Below, in pieces: positions 12,701-25,800 of a stretch of 64,000 bases of DNA (its first letter is position 1; the number at the start of each line of letters is the position of its first letter). Source of the DNA: Heptranchias perlo (lineage: Eukaryota); the NCBI RefSeq assembly GCF_035084215.1, contig NC_090363.1, positions 3,224,001-3,288,000 on the forward strand. The letters are read 5' to 3'. The notes under the pieces were generated by a model. The model worked only from the letters and a program-made list of their open reading frames with translations, searched no databases and was not told the DNA's origin. Made by a program: the position numbers and the translations under genes.

Positions 12701-14537
12701 CTGTAAAAGCTTCTATAAATATGTCAAGAGAAAAAGATTAGTGAAGACAAATGTAGGTCCCTTACAGTCAGAAATGGGGGAAATTATAATGGGGAACAAA
12801 GAAATGGCAGAACAATTAAACACATACTTTGGTTCTGTCTTCACAATGGAGGACACAAATAACCTGCCAGAAATGTTAGGCAACCAAGTGTCTAGTGAGA
12901 GGGAGGAACTGAAGGAAACCAGTATTAGTAAAAAAAAATAGTGCTAGGGAAATTAATGGGGCTAAAGGCTGACAAATCCCCAGGGCCTGATAATCTACAT
13001 CCCAGAGTATTAAAGGAAGTGGCCCTGTAAATAGTGGATGCATTGGTGATCATCTTCCAAAATTCTATCGACTCTGGAACAGTTCCTACAGATTGGAGGG
13101 TGGCAAATGTAACCCCACTATTTAAAAAAATGAGGGAGAGAAAAACAGGGAATTACAGACCAGTTAGCCTAACATCAGTAGTGGGGAAAATGCCAGAGTC
13201 TATTATAAAAGATGTGATAACAGAACACTTGGAGGGCATTAACAGGATTGGACAAAGTCAGCAAGGGTTTATGAAAGAGAAATCATGCTTAACAAATCTA
13301 CTGGAGTTTTTTGAGGATGTAACTAGTAGAATAGATAGGGGAGAACCAGTGGATGTGGTGTATTTGGATTTTCAGAAGGCTTTTGATAAGGTCCCACACA
13401 AGAGTTAGTGTGCAAAATTAAAGCACATGGGATTGGGGGGAATATACTGGCATGGATTGAGAAATTGGTTGACAGACAGGAAACAGAGAGTAGGAATAAA
13501 CGGGTCTTTTTCCGAGTGGCAGGCAGTGACTAGTGGGGTACCGCAGGGATCAGTGCTTGGGCCCCAGCTATTCACAATATATATCAATGATTTGGATGAG
13601 GGAACTAAATGTAACATTTCCAAGTTTGCAGACGACACAAAGCTGGGGTGGAATGTGAGCTGTGAGGAGGATGCAAAGAGGCTCCAATGTGATTTAGACA
13701 AGTTGGGTGAGTGGCCAAGAACATGACAGATGCAGTATAATGTGGATAAATGTGAGGTTATCCACTTTGGTTGTAAAAACAGAAAAGCAGATTATTATCT
13801 GAATGGTGATAGATTGGGAAAAGGGGAGGTGCAACGAGACCTGGGTGTTCTTGTACACCAGTCGCTGAAAGCGAGCATTCAGGTGCAGCAAGCAGTTCGG
13901 AAGGCGAATGGTATGTTGGCCTTCATTGCAAGAGGATTTGAGTACAGGAGCAGGGATGTCTTACTGCAGTTATACAGGGCCTTGGTGAGACCACATCTGG
14001 AGTATTGTGTGCAGTTTTGGTCTCCTTATCTGAGGAAGGATGTCCTTGCCATGGAGGGAGTGCAACAAAGATTTACCAGACTGATTCCTGGGATGGCAGG
14101 ACTGATGTATGAGGGGAGATTGGGTCGACTAGGCCTATATTCACTCGAGTTTAGAAGAATGAGAGGTGATGTCATCGAAAGATATAAAATTCGAACAGGA
14201 CTAGACAGACTAGATGCAGGGAGGATGTTCCCGATGGCTGGGGAGTCCAGAACCAGGGGTCACAGTCTCAGGATACGGGGTATGCCATTTAGAACCGAGA
14301 TGAGGAGAAATTTCTTCACTCAGATGGTGGTGAACCTGTGGAATTCTCTACCACAGAAGGCAGTGGAGGCCAAGTCATTAGATGTATTCAAGAAGGAGAT
14401 AGATATATTTCTTAATGCTAAAGGGATCAAGGCATATGGGGAAAAAGTCGGAACAGGGTACTGAGTTAGACGATCAGCCATGATCATTTTGAATGGGCCG
14501 AATGGCCTCTCTTGCTCCTATTTTCTATGTTTCTATG
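9716..14537 (+). mobile_element. Near full-length CR1 LINE (ORF1 zinc finger + SGNH esterase; ORF2 APE endonuclease + RT), inactivated
   Basis: CSSC..C.KC finger, [57 protein letters not shown]; several frameshifts/stops; ttctatg tail. Confidence 0.95.
10775..11500 (-). mobile_element. CR1 3' fragment nested in the full-length CR1
   Basis: ORFs 11156-11686 and 10877-11149 encode the CR1 ORF2 C-terminus in the opposite orientation. Confidence 0.9.
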
Positions 14538-15375
14538 AGTATGTGGCTTCCTTATTCTTCCTTCCAAAATGTACCACCTCACACTTGTCTATATTGAAAT
14601 TCAATTGCCAATTACATGCCCATTCTACAAGTTTATTAATGTCTTCCTGTATTTTGTTGCAGTCCTCAATTTGGTGTTGTCCACAAATTTTGAAATTGTA
14701 CTTCCGATTCCAGAGTCCAAATTGTTTATATTAATGGTGAACAACAGTGGTCCCAGCACCGATCCCTGTGGAACATCACTTCCCATCTTTTGCCAGTCTG
14801 AGGAACTGCCTTTAACCTACTCTCTGTTTTCTGTTTTGTAGCCAGCTTGCCATCCATTCTGCTACTTGTCCCCTGACTCCACATGCTCTGACCTTCGTCA
14901 TGAGTCTACTATGTGGTGCCTTATCGAAGGCCTTTTGAAAATCCAAATATATTCCATCTCGAAGAAGATGCAGTTTTCCCCACAAAGAACATCTGTTTCA
15001 CATCCTATCACTGCACAATTAGTAATTAATTTACACAGGCACAACCCAATTAAGAACACTGGTGCCGACACAATTAAAGCAAATCCTGACTGAGGTGATT
15101 AACTCAAGCAAGCAGGACCGAAATAAACCGCTGATACCTGCAGTCAGAGCAAAGGTCACTTTTAGTTCAGAGGTTCAGTGGCCTCCATCTTGGACAGGAG
15201 GGTAGAACAGTTCAACAGTCCACTTGTCCAGTTACCAAAATCTCATCTGCTAACGTATGTATGTGTTTCTTCCCCCGCCCCCACCCCGGGAGCAGTGACT
15301 GACTCTCCCTGTGTGTATTTGTGAGTCCCCCACCCCACCCCGAGAGTAGTGACTGACTTCCTTTCTCTCTGACAG

Positions 15376-15483
15376 ATACTGATTACCTGAAATGGCTTTT
15401 CCCGCATTATGTGAAGTCCAATCTTTACCACTTCTGTTACACGCAATTTGGACAGTGTGTTTCCATCTGTAACTACTGGAACG
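15376..15483 (+). CDS. PPT2: PPT2 coding exon ([36 protein letters not shown])
   Basis: ctctctgacag| ... |gtgagt, phase 1-1; [10 protein letters not shown] and SICNYW motifs of PPT2. Confidence 0.95.
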
Positions 15484-15589
15484 GTGAGTAACCAAGATCG
15501 TGTGCTCTGACTGTGTACAGTGTAAATATCAGTCTGGTTACAGGCTGTCCCTGTGTTCTGACGATACAGTGTGACTATCAGTCTGATTA

Positions 15590-16060
15590 CACTGGACAAA
15601 TCAAACCCGGCCAATTACCGCCCCATAAATCTGCTCTCAAATATCAGCAAAGTGATGGAAGAAGTCGCCAATAGTTCTATCAAACGGCACTTTCTCACCA
15701 ATAACCTGCTCACCGATGCTCAGTTTGGGTTCCGCCAGGAACTGATTACAGCTTTGGTCCATACATGGACACGGAGTGAATTCCAGAGGTGAGGTGTGAG
15801 TGACTGCCCTTGACATAAGGCGACATTCGACTGAATGTGGCATCGAGGAGCCCTGGTAAAACTGGAGTCAATGGGAATCAGGGGGAAAACTCTCCAGTGG
15901 CTGGAGTCATACCTGGCACAAGGGAAGATGGTGGTGGTTGTTGGTGGCCAATCCTCTCAGCCCCAAAAACTCTCCAAAAACTGAACTGGACCAGCCACAT
16001 AAATGGCGTGGCTATTGGAGCAGATCAGAGGCTGGGTATGTGGCTCACCTCCTGACTCCC
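15590..16060 (+). mobile_element. Internally deleted LINE RT fragment, same family as 520-2605
   Basis: DKSNPANYRPINLLS...HFLTNNLLTDAQFGF, KLNWTSHIN. Confidence 0.85.
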
Positions 16061-18550
16061 TGACTGGGTACAGTGTGAATGTCGGTCTGTTACACACTGT
16101 CCCTGTGCTCTGTGTACAGTGTGAATGTCGGTCTGTTACACACTGTCCCTGTGCTCTGACTGTGTACAGTGTGAATGTCGGTCTGTTACACACTGTCCCT
16201 GTGCTCTGTGTACAGTGTGAATGTCGGTCTGTCACACACTGTCCCTGTGCTCTGACTGGGTACAGTGTGAATGTCGGTCTGTCACACACTGTCCCTGTGC
16301 TCTGACTGTGTACAATGTCAATGTCGGTCTGTTACACGCTGTCCCTGTGCTCTGTGTACAGTGTGAATGTCGGTCTGTTACACACTGTCCCTGTGCTCTG
16401 TGTACAGTGTGAATGTCGGTCTGTCACACACTGTCCCTGTGCTCTGACTGTGTACAATGTGAATGTCGGTCTGTTACACGCTGTCCCTGTGCTCTGTGTA
16501 CAGTGTGAATGTCTGTCTGTTACACACTGTCCCTGTGCTCTGTGTACAGTGTGAATGTCGGTCTGTTACACACTGTCCCTGTGCTCTGTGTACAGTGTGA
16601 ATGTCGGTCTGTCACACACTGTCCCTGTGCTCTGACTGTGTACAGTGTGAATGTCGGTCTGTTACATGCTGTCCCTGTGCTCTGACTGTGTACAGTGTGA
16701 ATGTCGGTCTGTTACACACTGTCCCTGTGCTCTGACTGTGTACAGTGTGAATGTCGGTCTGTCACACACTGTCCCTGTGCTCTGACTGTGTACAGTGTGA
16801 GTGTCGGTCTGTTACACACTGTCCCTGTGCTCTGACTGTGTACAGTGTGAATGTCGGTCTGTTACACACTGTCCCTGTGCTCTGACTGTGTACAGTGTGA
16901 ATGTCGGTCTGTTACACACTGTCCCTGTGCTCTGACTGTGTACAGTGTGAATGTCGGTCTGTTACATGCTGTCCCTGTGCTCTGACTGTGTACAGTGTGA
17001 ATGTCGGTCTGTTACACACTGTCCCTGTGCTCTGACTGTGTACAGTGTGAATGTCGGTCTGTTACACGCTGTCCCTGTGCTCTGACTGTGTACAGTGTGA
17101 ATGTCGGTCTGTTACACACTGTCCCTGTGCTCTGACTGTGTACAGTGTGAATGTCGGTCTGTCACACACTGTCCCTGTGCTCTGACTGTGTACAGTGTGA
17201 ATGTCGGTCTGTTACACACTGTCCCTGTGGTCTGACTGTGTACAGTGTGAATGTCGGTCTGTCACACACTGTCCCTGTGCTCTGTGTACAGTGTGAATGT
17301 CGGTCTGTTACACACTGTCCCTGTGCTCTGACTGTGTACAGTGTGAATGTCGGTCTGTCACACACTGTCCCTGTGCTCTGACTGTGTACAGTGTGAATGT
17401 CGGTCTGTCACACACTGTCCCTGTGCTCTGACTGTGTACAGTGTGAATGTCGGTCTGTCACACACTGTCCCTGTGCTCTGACTGTGTACAGTGTGAATGT
17501 CGGTCTGTCACACACTGTCCCTGTGCTCTGACTGTGTACAGTGTGAGTGTCGGTCTGTTACACACTGTCCCTGTGCTCTGACTGTGTACAGTGTGAATGT
17601 CGGTCTGTCACACACTGTCCCTGTGCTCTGACTGTGTACAGTGTGACTGTCGGTCTGTTACACACTGTCCCTGTGCTCTGACTGTGTACAGTGTGAATGT
17701 CGGTCTGTTACACGCTGTCCCTGTGCTCTGACTGTGTACAGTGTGAATGTCGGTCTGTCACACACTGTCCCTGTGCTCTGACTGTGTACAGTGTGAATGT
17801 CGGTCTGTCACACACTGTCCCTGTGCTCTGACTGTGTACAGTGTGAATGTCGGTCTGTTACACGCTGTCCCTGTGCTCTGACTGTGTACAGTGTGAATGT
17901 CGGTCTGTCACACACTGTCCCTGTGCTCTGACTGTGTACAGTGTGAATGTCGGTCTGTCACACACTGTCCCTGTGCTCTGACTGTGTACAGTGTGAATGT
18001 CGGTCTGTCACACACTGTCCCTGTGCTCTGACTGTGTACAGTGTGAATGTCGGTCTGTCACACACTGTCCCTGTGCTCTGACTGTGTACAGTGTGAATGT
18101 CGGTCTGTTACACACTGTCCCTGTGGTCTGACTGTGTACAGTGTGAATGTCGGTCTGTTACACACTGTCCCTGTGGTCTGACTGTGTACAGTGTGAATGT
18201 CGGTCTGTTACACACTGTCCCTGTGCTCTGACTGTGTACAGTGTGAATGTCGGTCTGTTACACACTGTCCCTGTGCTCTGACTGTGTACAGTGTGAATGT
18301 CGGTCTGTTACACACTGTCCCTGTGCTCTGACTGTGTACAGTGTGAATGTCGGTCTGTTACACACTGTCCCTGTGCTCTGACTGTGTACAGTGTGAATGT
18401 CGGTCTGTTACACACTGTCCCTGTGCTCTGACTGTGTACAGTGTGAATGTCGGTCTGTTACACGCTGTCCCTGTGCTCTGACTGTGTACAGTGTGAATGT
18501 CGGTCTGTCACACACTGTCCCTGTGCTCTGACTGTGTACAGTGTGAATGT
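16060..18550. repeat. 50-bp minisatellite (46-bp variants), about 50 copies
   Basis: Unit tgtgtacagtgtgaatgtcggtctgttacacactgtccctgtgctctgac; diverged copies at about 15500-15590. Confidence 0.97.
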
Positions 18551-18604
18551 AACGAGTGATCAGATCAGGTCCTAATGTCTGATTTGTTTCTGTGTCTGTT
18601 TCAG

Positions 18605-18688
18605 ACCCGCACCATCACGACCTTTACCTCAACACCAGTGATTACTTGGCCTTCCTGAACAGCGAGAGGGAAAACCCAAACGCCACAG
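18605..18688 (+). CDS. PPT2: PPT2 coding exon ([28 protein letters not shown])
   Basis: tgtttcag| ... |gtaaca, phase 1-1; matches PPT2 DPHHDDLYLN...PNAT. Confidence 0.95.
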
Positions 18689-18756
18689 GTAACACAGTCT
18701 GGTCTGATGGGCCGCAGGGCCGGGCTTATCACAGGTGGTACTTTCCAGAACACCAG

Positions 18757-19227
18757 TCACCATCAAACAGTCCCAGGGCAGGTACAGGGTTAGATACAGA
18801 GTAAAGCTCCCTCTGCACTGTCCCATCAAACACTCCCAGGGCAGGTACAGGGTTAGATACAGAGTAAAGCTCCCTCTACACTGTCCCGTCAAACACTCCC
18901 AGGGCAGGTACAGGGTTAGATACAGAGTAAAGCTCCCTCTACACCGTCCCATCAAACACTCCCAGGGCAGGTACAGGGTTAGATACAGAGTAAAGCTCCC
19001 TCTACACTGTCCCATCAAACACTCCCAGGGCAGGTACAGGGTTAGATACAGAGTAAAGCTCCCTCTACACTGTCCCGTCAAATACTCCCAGGGCAGGTAC
19101 AGGGTTAGATACAGAGTAAAGCTCCCTCTACACTGTCCCATCAAACACTCCCAGGGCAGGTACAGGGTTAGATACAGAGTAAAGCTCCCTCCACACTGTC
19201 CCATCAAACACTCCCAGGGCAGGTACA
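18757..19227. repeat. 63-bp minisatellite, about 7.5 copies
   Basis: Unit gtcccatcaaacactcccagggcaggtacagggttagatacagagtaaagctccctctacact. Confidence 0.95.
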
Positions 19228-19458
19228 GCACTAGCTACCTATCGTGGAGCGCCCTCCACTGGTCCTCAGCCCTGTGTAGGGACAGTGCACTCTGTTGTAA
19301 AAGTGTGTAATTTTTCATTTTCCACACCAGCTATGTTTGTTGTGTCCCTGAATGGCAGACCAGCAGATTAGGAACTGCATTGATCATCGCCCAAATTGAG
19401 CCATGATAGCCAATAGAGAGAGAGAACTTACATTCAGTTAACCTGGACTGGAGTTGAA

Positions 19459-20235
19459 CCCAGTCCCAGAGGGGGAAAGGACAGTGTCTGACCCACTGTC
19501 CCGCCCAGTCCCAGAGGGGGAAAGGACAGTGTCTGACCCACTGTCCCGCCCAGTCCCAGAGGGGGAAAGGACAGTGTCTGACCCACTGCACCACCCAGTC
19601 CCAGAGGGGGAAAGGACAGTGTCTGACCCACTGTCCCACCCAGTCCCAGAGGGGGAAAGGACAGTGTCTGACCCACCGTCCCACCCAGTCCCAGAGGGGG
19701 AAAGGACAGTGTCTGACCCACCGTCCCACCCAGTCCCAGAGGGGGAAAGGACAGTGTCTGACCCACTGTACCACCCAGTCCCAGAGGGGGAAAGGACAGT
19801 GTCTGACCCACCGTACCACCCAGTCCCAGAGGGGGAAAGGACAGTGTCTGACCCACCGTCCCACCCAGTCCCAGAGGGGGAAAGGACAGTGTCTGACCCA
19901 CTGTACCACCCAGTCCCAGAGGGGGAAAGGTCAGTGTCTGACCCACTGTACCACCCAGTCCCAGAGGGGGAAAGGACAGTGTCTGGCCCACTGTACCACA
20001 GTCCCAGAGGGGGAAAGGACAGTGTCTGACCCACTGTACCACCCAGTCCCAGAGGGGGAAAGGACAGTGTCTGACCCACTGTACCACCCAGTCCCAGAGG
20101 GGGAAAGGACAGTATCTGACCCACTGTACCACCCAGTCGCAGAGGGGGAAAGGACAGTGTCTGACCCACTGTACCACAGTCCCAGAGGGGGAAAGGACAG
20201 TGTCTGGCCCACTATACCACCCAGTCCCAGAGGGT
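19459..20235. repeat. 45-bp minisatellite, about 17 copies, resembling a tRNA-like SINE head on the minus strand
   Basis: Unit cccagtcccagagggggaaaggacagtgtctgacccactgt(a/c)cca. Confidence 0.95.
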
Positions 20236-20348
20236 CCAGTGTTTCTTGTACCTGCTCCGTGGGATGTAATGGCGGTTGTTTACCAGACTCTGGCGGGGTT
20301 TCTCGTTCTTTGATCTGTTGATTTTTTTTTTTGTCCTTTTTTTATTAG

Positions 20349-20433
20349 AATGGAAGAAAAATTTTCTGAGGATCAAGAATCTCGTTCTGATTGGGGGACC
20401 GGACGATGGGGTCATAACCCCGTGGCAGTCGAG
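20349..20433 (+). CDS. PPT2: PPT2 coding exon with catalytic Asp ([28 protein letters not shown])
   Basis: ttttattag| ... |gtacga, phase 1-2; [13 protein letters not shown] is diagnostic. Confidence 0.96.
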
Positions 20434-20440
20434 GTACGAG

Positions 20441-21380
20441 TGGGAGGGGGGGGGTGTTGTGGTGAGGTGGGTGTGGTGACGGGGGGGGGGGGGGGTGTTG
20501 TGGTGAGGTGGGTGTGGTGACGGGGGGGGGGGGGGGTGTTGTGGTGAGGTGGGTGTGGTGACGGGGGGGGGGGGGGGTGGTGTTGTGGTGAGGTGGGTGT
20601 GGTGACGGGGGGGGGGGTGTTGTGGTGAGGTGGGTGTGGTGACGGGGGGGGGGGGTGTTGTGGTGAGGTGGGTGTGGTGACGGGGGGGGGGGGGTGTTTT
20701 GGTGAGGTGGGTGTGGTGACGGGGGGGGGGGGGTGTTGTGGTGAGGTGGGTGTGGTGACGGGGGGGGGGGTGTTGTGGTGAGGTGGGTGTGGTGACGGGG
20801 GGGGGGGGTGTTGTGGTGAGGTGGGTGTGGTGACGGGGGGGGGGGGGGTGTTTTGGTGAGGTGGGTGTGGTGACGGGGGGGGGGGGGTGTTGTGGTGAGG
20901 TGGGTGTGGTGACGGGGGGGGGGGGGGGGGTGTTGTGGTGAGGTGGGTGTGGTGACGGGGGGGGGGGGGGTGTTGTGGTGAGGTGGGTGTGGTGACGGGG
21001 GGGGGGGGGTGTTGTGGTGAGGTGGGTGTGGTGACGGGGGGGGGGGGGTGTTGTGGTGAGGTGGGTGTGGTGACGGGGGGGGGGGGTGTTGTGGTGAGGT
21101 GGGTGTGGTGACGGGGGGGGGGGGTGTTGTGGTGAGGTGGGTGTGGTGACGGGGGGGGGGGGGTGTTGTGGTGAGGTGGGTGTGGTGACGGGGGGGGGGG
21201 TGTTGTGGTGAGGTGGGTGTGGTGACAGGGGGGGGGGGTGTTGTGGTGAGGTGGGTGTGGTGACGGGGGGGGGGTGTTGTGGTGAGGTGGGGGGGGTGAT
21301 GGGGTGGGGGGGTGTTGTGGTGAGGTGGGTGTGGTGACTGGGGGGGGGGGTGTTGTGGTGACGGGGGGGGGTGTGGGTGG
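20441..21380 (+). repeat. G-rich tandem repeat, poly-G(10-16) + tgttgtggtgaggtgggtgtggtgac, about 25 copies
   Basis: Seen directly; begins 8 nt after a PPT2 donor site. Confidence 0.95.
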
Positions 21381-21787
21381 GAGTGCGGGGAGAGGGAGGT
21401 GCCCTCTGTTTCGAGACTCCTCTCTGGTAGCCTACATTGTGCTGCTGAGATGGGGACAGAGCAGCGGTCTCCAGACCGTTGCCAGCATCTGTCCCCATTG
21501 TTAGTGCGAGATACAGGAGAAGGTGCAATAAAGATTCACAAGGATGATCCCAGAACTGAGAGGTTGTAACTATTTCTGTGCTGTTAATTCTGTGTAATAT
21601 GTATATACACATGTCCCCTTTAAACAGATTGTCTGGGGGAGGGGCTCTTTCTGTTGACGGCCTCACACCCTCATTTCACCACAGTCTAAGTCAACTTTGT
21701 TTAAAAATGAACCCAGTCGGAGGATATTTGAAGTTCTGTAGTTTTTTTTGTTTTGAGCTCCTTGTTGACTGCCTGTTTCTTTTACAG

Positions 21788-21842
21788 TCACTTTGGGTTT
21801 TACGATGAGAATGAGACAGTGGTGGATATGAGAGAGCAGCTG
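21788..21842 (+). CDS. PPT2: PPT2 coding exon (SHFGFYDENETVVDMREQL)
   Basis: ttttacag| ... |gtaagt, phase 2-0; matches PPT2 FGFYDANETVLEMEEQL. Confidence 0.95.
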
Positions 21843-22039
21843 GTAAGTTGTCAGGCACCCACAGGAATGAGTTGCAGAGTCTGCAGCTCGAGGGGAGGAG
21901 GGGGGTGGGTGGGAACGGTGAAAGGGAAGCTCCAGGACCCCCCTATCGGTACCCGGCCTGCACAGTGGTCCGTCCTCCAGGGATCGACCTGCCTTTCTTC
22001 CACCACATTCTGGTCCACGGGAGACGACTCCACTTTGCC

Positions 22040-22410
22040 AGGTTTTCCAGACTTCCCTCCCCCTCTGCTATTCTGCTTTAACCATTTACACCTCCCCTGG
22101 ACCCATCTCTTGTTTCTTTACTTGTCCCATTCCCACCGTCCTTGCCTTGCACCATCATCCCTTTTGTCATTTAACCACTCCTGCCCACCACCCTATCACA
22201 GACCTTCCCTTTTGTTGTTCCCACCCTTTCCTTGGCTCTGTATTTGGTTAAAATATGTTCATCGCTAACATCTTCCAGTTCTGATGAAAGGTAATCGATC
22301 TGAAACGTTAATTCTGTTCCTCCTTCCACATATTCTGCCTGACCTGTGTGTTTCCAGTCTTTTCTGTTTTTATTTCAGATTTCCAGCATCCGCGGTGTTT
22401 TGCTTTTGAT
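22040..22410 (+). mobile_element. Second Penelope-type terminal repeat family with a hammerhead motif at 22277-22313
   Basis: agtt-CTGATGA-a-aggt(aatcg)atct-GAAA-cg-TT-aatt followed by the tail ttttatttcagatttccagcatc; reverse-strand relatives at about 34090 and 54280-54385. Confidence 0.6.
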
Positions 22411-22806
22411 TTAAGAACCATAAGAAATAGGAGCAGGAGTCGGCCGTACAGCCCCCCGAGCCTGCTCCGCCATTCAATCAGATCGTGGCTGATCTTCGAC
22501 CTCAAATCCACTTTCCCGCCCGATCCCCATATCCCTTGATTCCCCGAGAGTCCAAAAATCAATCGATCCCAGCCTTGAATATATTCAACGACTCAGCATC
22601 CACAGCCCTCTGGGGTGGGGAATTCCCTATGGGGTAGTTGTCCAGAGCTTTTGATCCCTTTTTATTAGAAGGGGGGTGTTGTGGCCTCAATGTCACTCTT
22701 TTGTATGTGTTGGGAGGATGAAAAGAGCCTCATCCTTGAATTATTGGGGCGATTGGTGGATTGTTAGAATGTGCGAATGAAAGTAAAATTGGACAGTGCA
22801 ATACCA

Positions 22807-25800
22807 CCGCCACCTGGCCGAGAATGGTATTGCAGGAATAGAAATTCGGATTTTTTTTTTTAAATAGTGCAGCAGCACCACCTATTGGCTTGTGGTGATA
22901 TTGCAGCAACATTTTCCCCTGTTCTATTCCTAACCAGCAGGTCGGTCGCACTATTATATTGTGTAAATACGTATAGTTTACTTGGTGCAACAGCGCCACT
23001 TGCCAGTGAAACAGAAAACATAAAACCACAAGGAGTCTACGGAATTATTTTTTTAATCTAGTAGTTACTATGAATTTGTATTCATCATTTAGTAGGGAAC
23101 ATCGAAGCAGGAGTGCGCCATTCAGCCCCTCGAGCCTGTTCTGCCATTCAATTAGATCAACTCAACTGAATTTACTGTCTTATTCGATGTCAGATCCTCA
23201 GTCACAATGTTTCTGACACTAGGTCTTCAGGGTTGCTGTGGTATTAATATTTATTGGGTAATTATTAAGGTAGGTGAACAAAACAGTATTTACTGTTAAA
23301 AATCCTATTTTCCATGGAGCAACACCACCACCTGCTGGCTGATATCGGGACTTCACAAATTTATTTTTTCCTGTGATACCAATTTTGGTCACCTGGTGGT
23401 GGTATTGCACTCAGGTTTTTCGAAGTCAACATTTTTGCCGATAACTGGACTATTCTGGGGGCTGGTGGTGTGGCCGTTCACGAACTTTCAATAACTAGTA
23501 CAGAGTGGATTAGTGGAGTGCTGTTTGTGGCTGCGAATGGCGGAGTTACATTATTCAGAAACGGACTTTCACTGCGTCCCAAAGGCACTTGGGGGCGTAT
23601 TACAAATATTGGTCATAAACAAGTTACAGCGCCATCTGTTGGATGAGATCGGAATGGAACCAAGCTGCTTTCCGCAGTACCGTTCCCCACCAGCTGGTGG
23701 TGGTGTTGCATCGTGTATAAAGATAAACATTTTTTTAAAACGATGCAACAGCGCCATCTGTTGGATAAGATCGACATCGAACGAATACATTTTCCACAGT
23801 ACCGTTGTCCACCAGCTGGTGGTGGTGTTGTATGGTGTACAAATCAATATACAAAAAATCAATGTAACAGCGCTATTGTCAGAGCTGTAACAGCACTGCC
23901 TGTTGGATGAAAGTTTCATTGCACAAATATATTTTCTGCTGTATCACTCTCTGCTGACATGTGGTGTTGTAAATTTAAAAAATAAAATTCTCCAGATGCT
24001 GGAAATATAAAACAAAAACACAACGCAGGAGAATCTCAGCAGGTCAGACGGTAGCCGTCAAGAGAACATAAGTTGATCTTGTTTTGGATGTTGCATGTGG
24101 GCATCTGTTGGATGAGATTGCCATATTTAAGGAATAGGGAAATGGCAGAGACGTTAAACAAATATTTTGTATCTGTCTTCACAGTAGAAGACACAAAAAA
24201 CATACCAGAAATAGTGGGGAACCCAGGGGCTAATGAGAGTGACGAGCTTAATGTAATTAATGTCAGTAAAGAAAAAGTGCTGGAGAAATAAATGGGACCA
24301 AAAGCCGATAAATCCCCTGGACTTGATGGCCTACGTCCTAGGGTTCTAAAAGAGGTGTCTGCAGAGATCGTGGATGCATTGGTTGTGATCTTCCAAAATT
24401 CCCTAGATTTGAGAACAGTCCCAGCAGAATGGAAGGTAGCAAATGTAACACCGCTATTCAAGAAAGGAGGGAGAGAGAAAACAGGGAACTACAGGCCAGT
24501 TAGCCTGACATCAGTTGTTGGGAAAATGCTGGAATCCATTATTAAGGAAGTGGTAACAGGGCACTGTCATAATATGATCAGGCAGAGTCAACATTGTTTT
24601 ATGAAAGGGAAATTGTGTTTGATAAATTTATCAGAGTTTTTTGAGGATGTAGCTAGCAGGGTAGATAAAGGGGAATCAGTGGATGTCGTATATTTGGATT
24701 TTCAAAAGGCATTCGATAAGATGCCACACGGACGGAAAACCGAGACTAGGGATAAATGGGTCATTTTCAGGTTGGCAGGCTATAACTAGTGGAGTACCTC
24801 AAGGATCAGTGCTTGGGCCTCAGCTATTTACAATTTATATTAATGTCTTGGATGAAGGGACCGAGTGTAATGTATCCAAGTTTGCTGACGATACAAATCT
24901 AGGTGGGAAAGTAAGCTGTGAGGAGGACACGGAGTCTGCAAAGGGCTAGAGACAGGTTAAGTGAGTTGGGCAGGAAGGTGGCTGATGGAGTATAATGCGG
25001 AGAAATGTGAGGTTATTCACTTTGGTAGGAAGAACAGAAAAACAGAATATTTTTTAAATGGTGAGAAACTATTAAATACTATTGGCGTTCAGAGAGATTT
25101 GGGTGTCCTCGTACAAGAAACACAAAAAGTTAGCATGCAAGTACAACAAGGCATTAGGAAGGCAAATGGCATGTTGGCCTTTATTGCAATGGGGTTGGAG
25201 TACAAGAGTAAGGAAGTCTTAGAACAATTGTACAGGGCTTTGGTGAGACCTCACCTGGAGTACTGTGTACAGTTTTGGTCTCCTTATCTAAGGAAGGATA
25301 TGCTCGCCTTAGAGGCGGTGCAATGAAGGTTCACTAGATTGATTCCTGGGATGAGAAGGTTGTCTTATGAGGAGAGATTGAGTAGAATGGGCCTATACTC
25401 TCTGGAGTTTAGAAGAATGAGAGTTGATCTCATTGAAACATATAAGATTCTGAGGGGGTTTGACAGGGTAGATGCTGAGATGTTGTTTCCCCTGGCTGGA
25501 GAGTCTAGAACTAGGGGGCATAGACTCAGGATAAGGGGGTAGGCCTTTTAAGACTGAGATGAGGAGAAATTTCTATACTCAGAGGATTGTGAATCTTTGG
25601 AATTCTCTACCCCAGAGGGCTGTGAATGCTGAGTCGTTGAGTGAATTCAAGGCTGAGATCGATAGATTTTTGGACTCGAGGAGAATCAAGGGATATGGGG
25701 ATCGGGCGGGAAAGTGAAGTTGAGGTCGAAGATCAGCCATGATCTTATTGAATGCCAGAGCAGGCTCGAGGGGCCTTATGGCCGACTCCTGCTCCTATTT

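Noticed and set aside
3638-20235. CRISPR-like arrays
   Set aside because: Pure head-to-tail repeats without unique spacers, in a eukaryotic intron.
18629-20321. Several repetitive ORFs of 190-250 aa
   Set aside because: Artefacts of the 63-bp and 45-bp minisatellites.
20212-21666. 484-aa Pro/His/Thr-rich extensin-like ORF
   Set aside because: Reverse complement of the G-rich tandem repeat.
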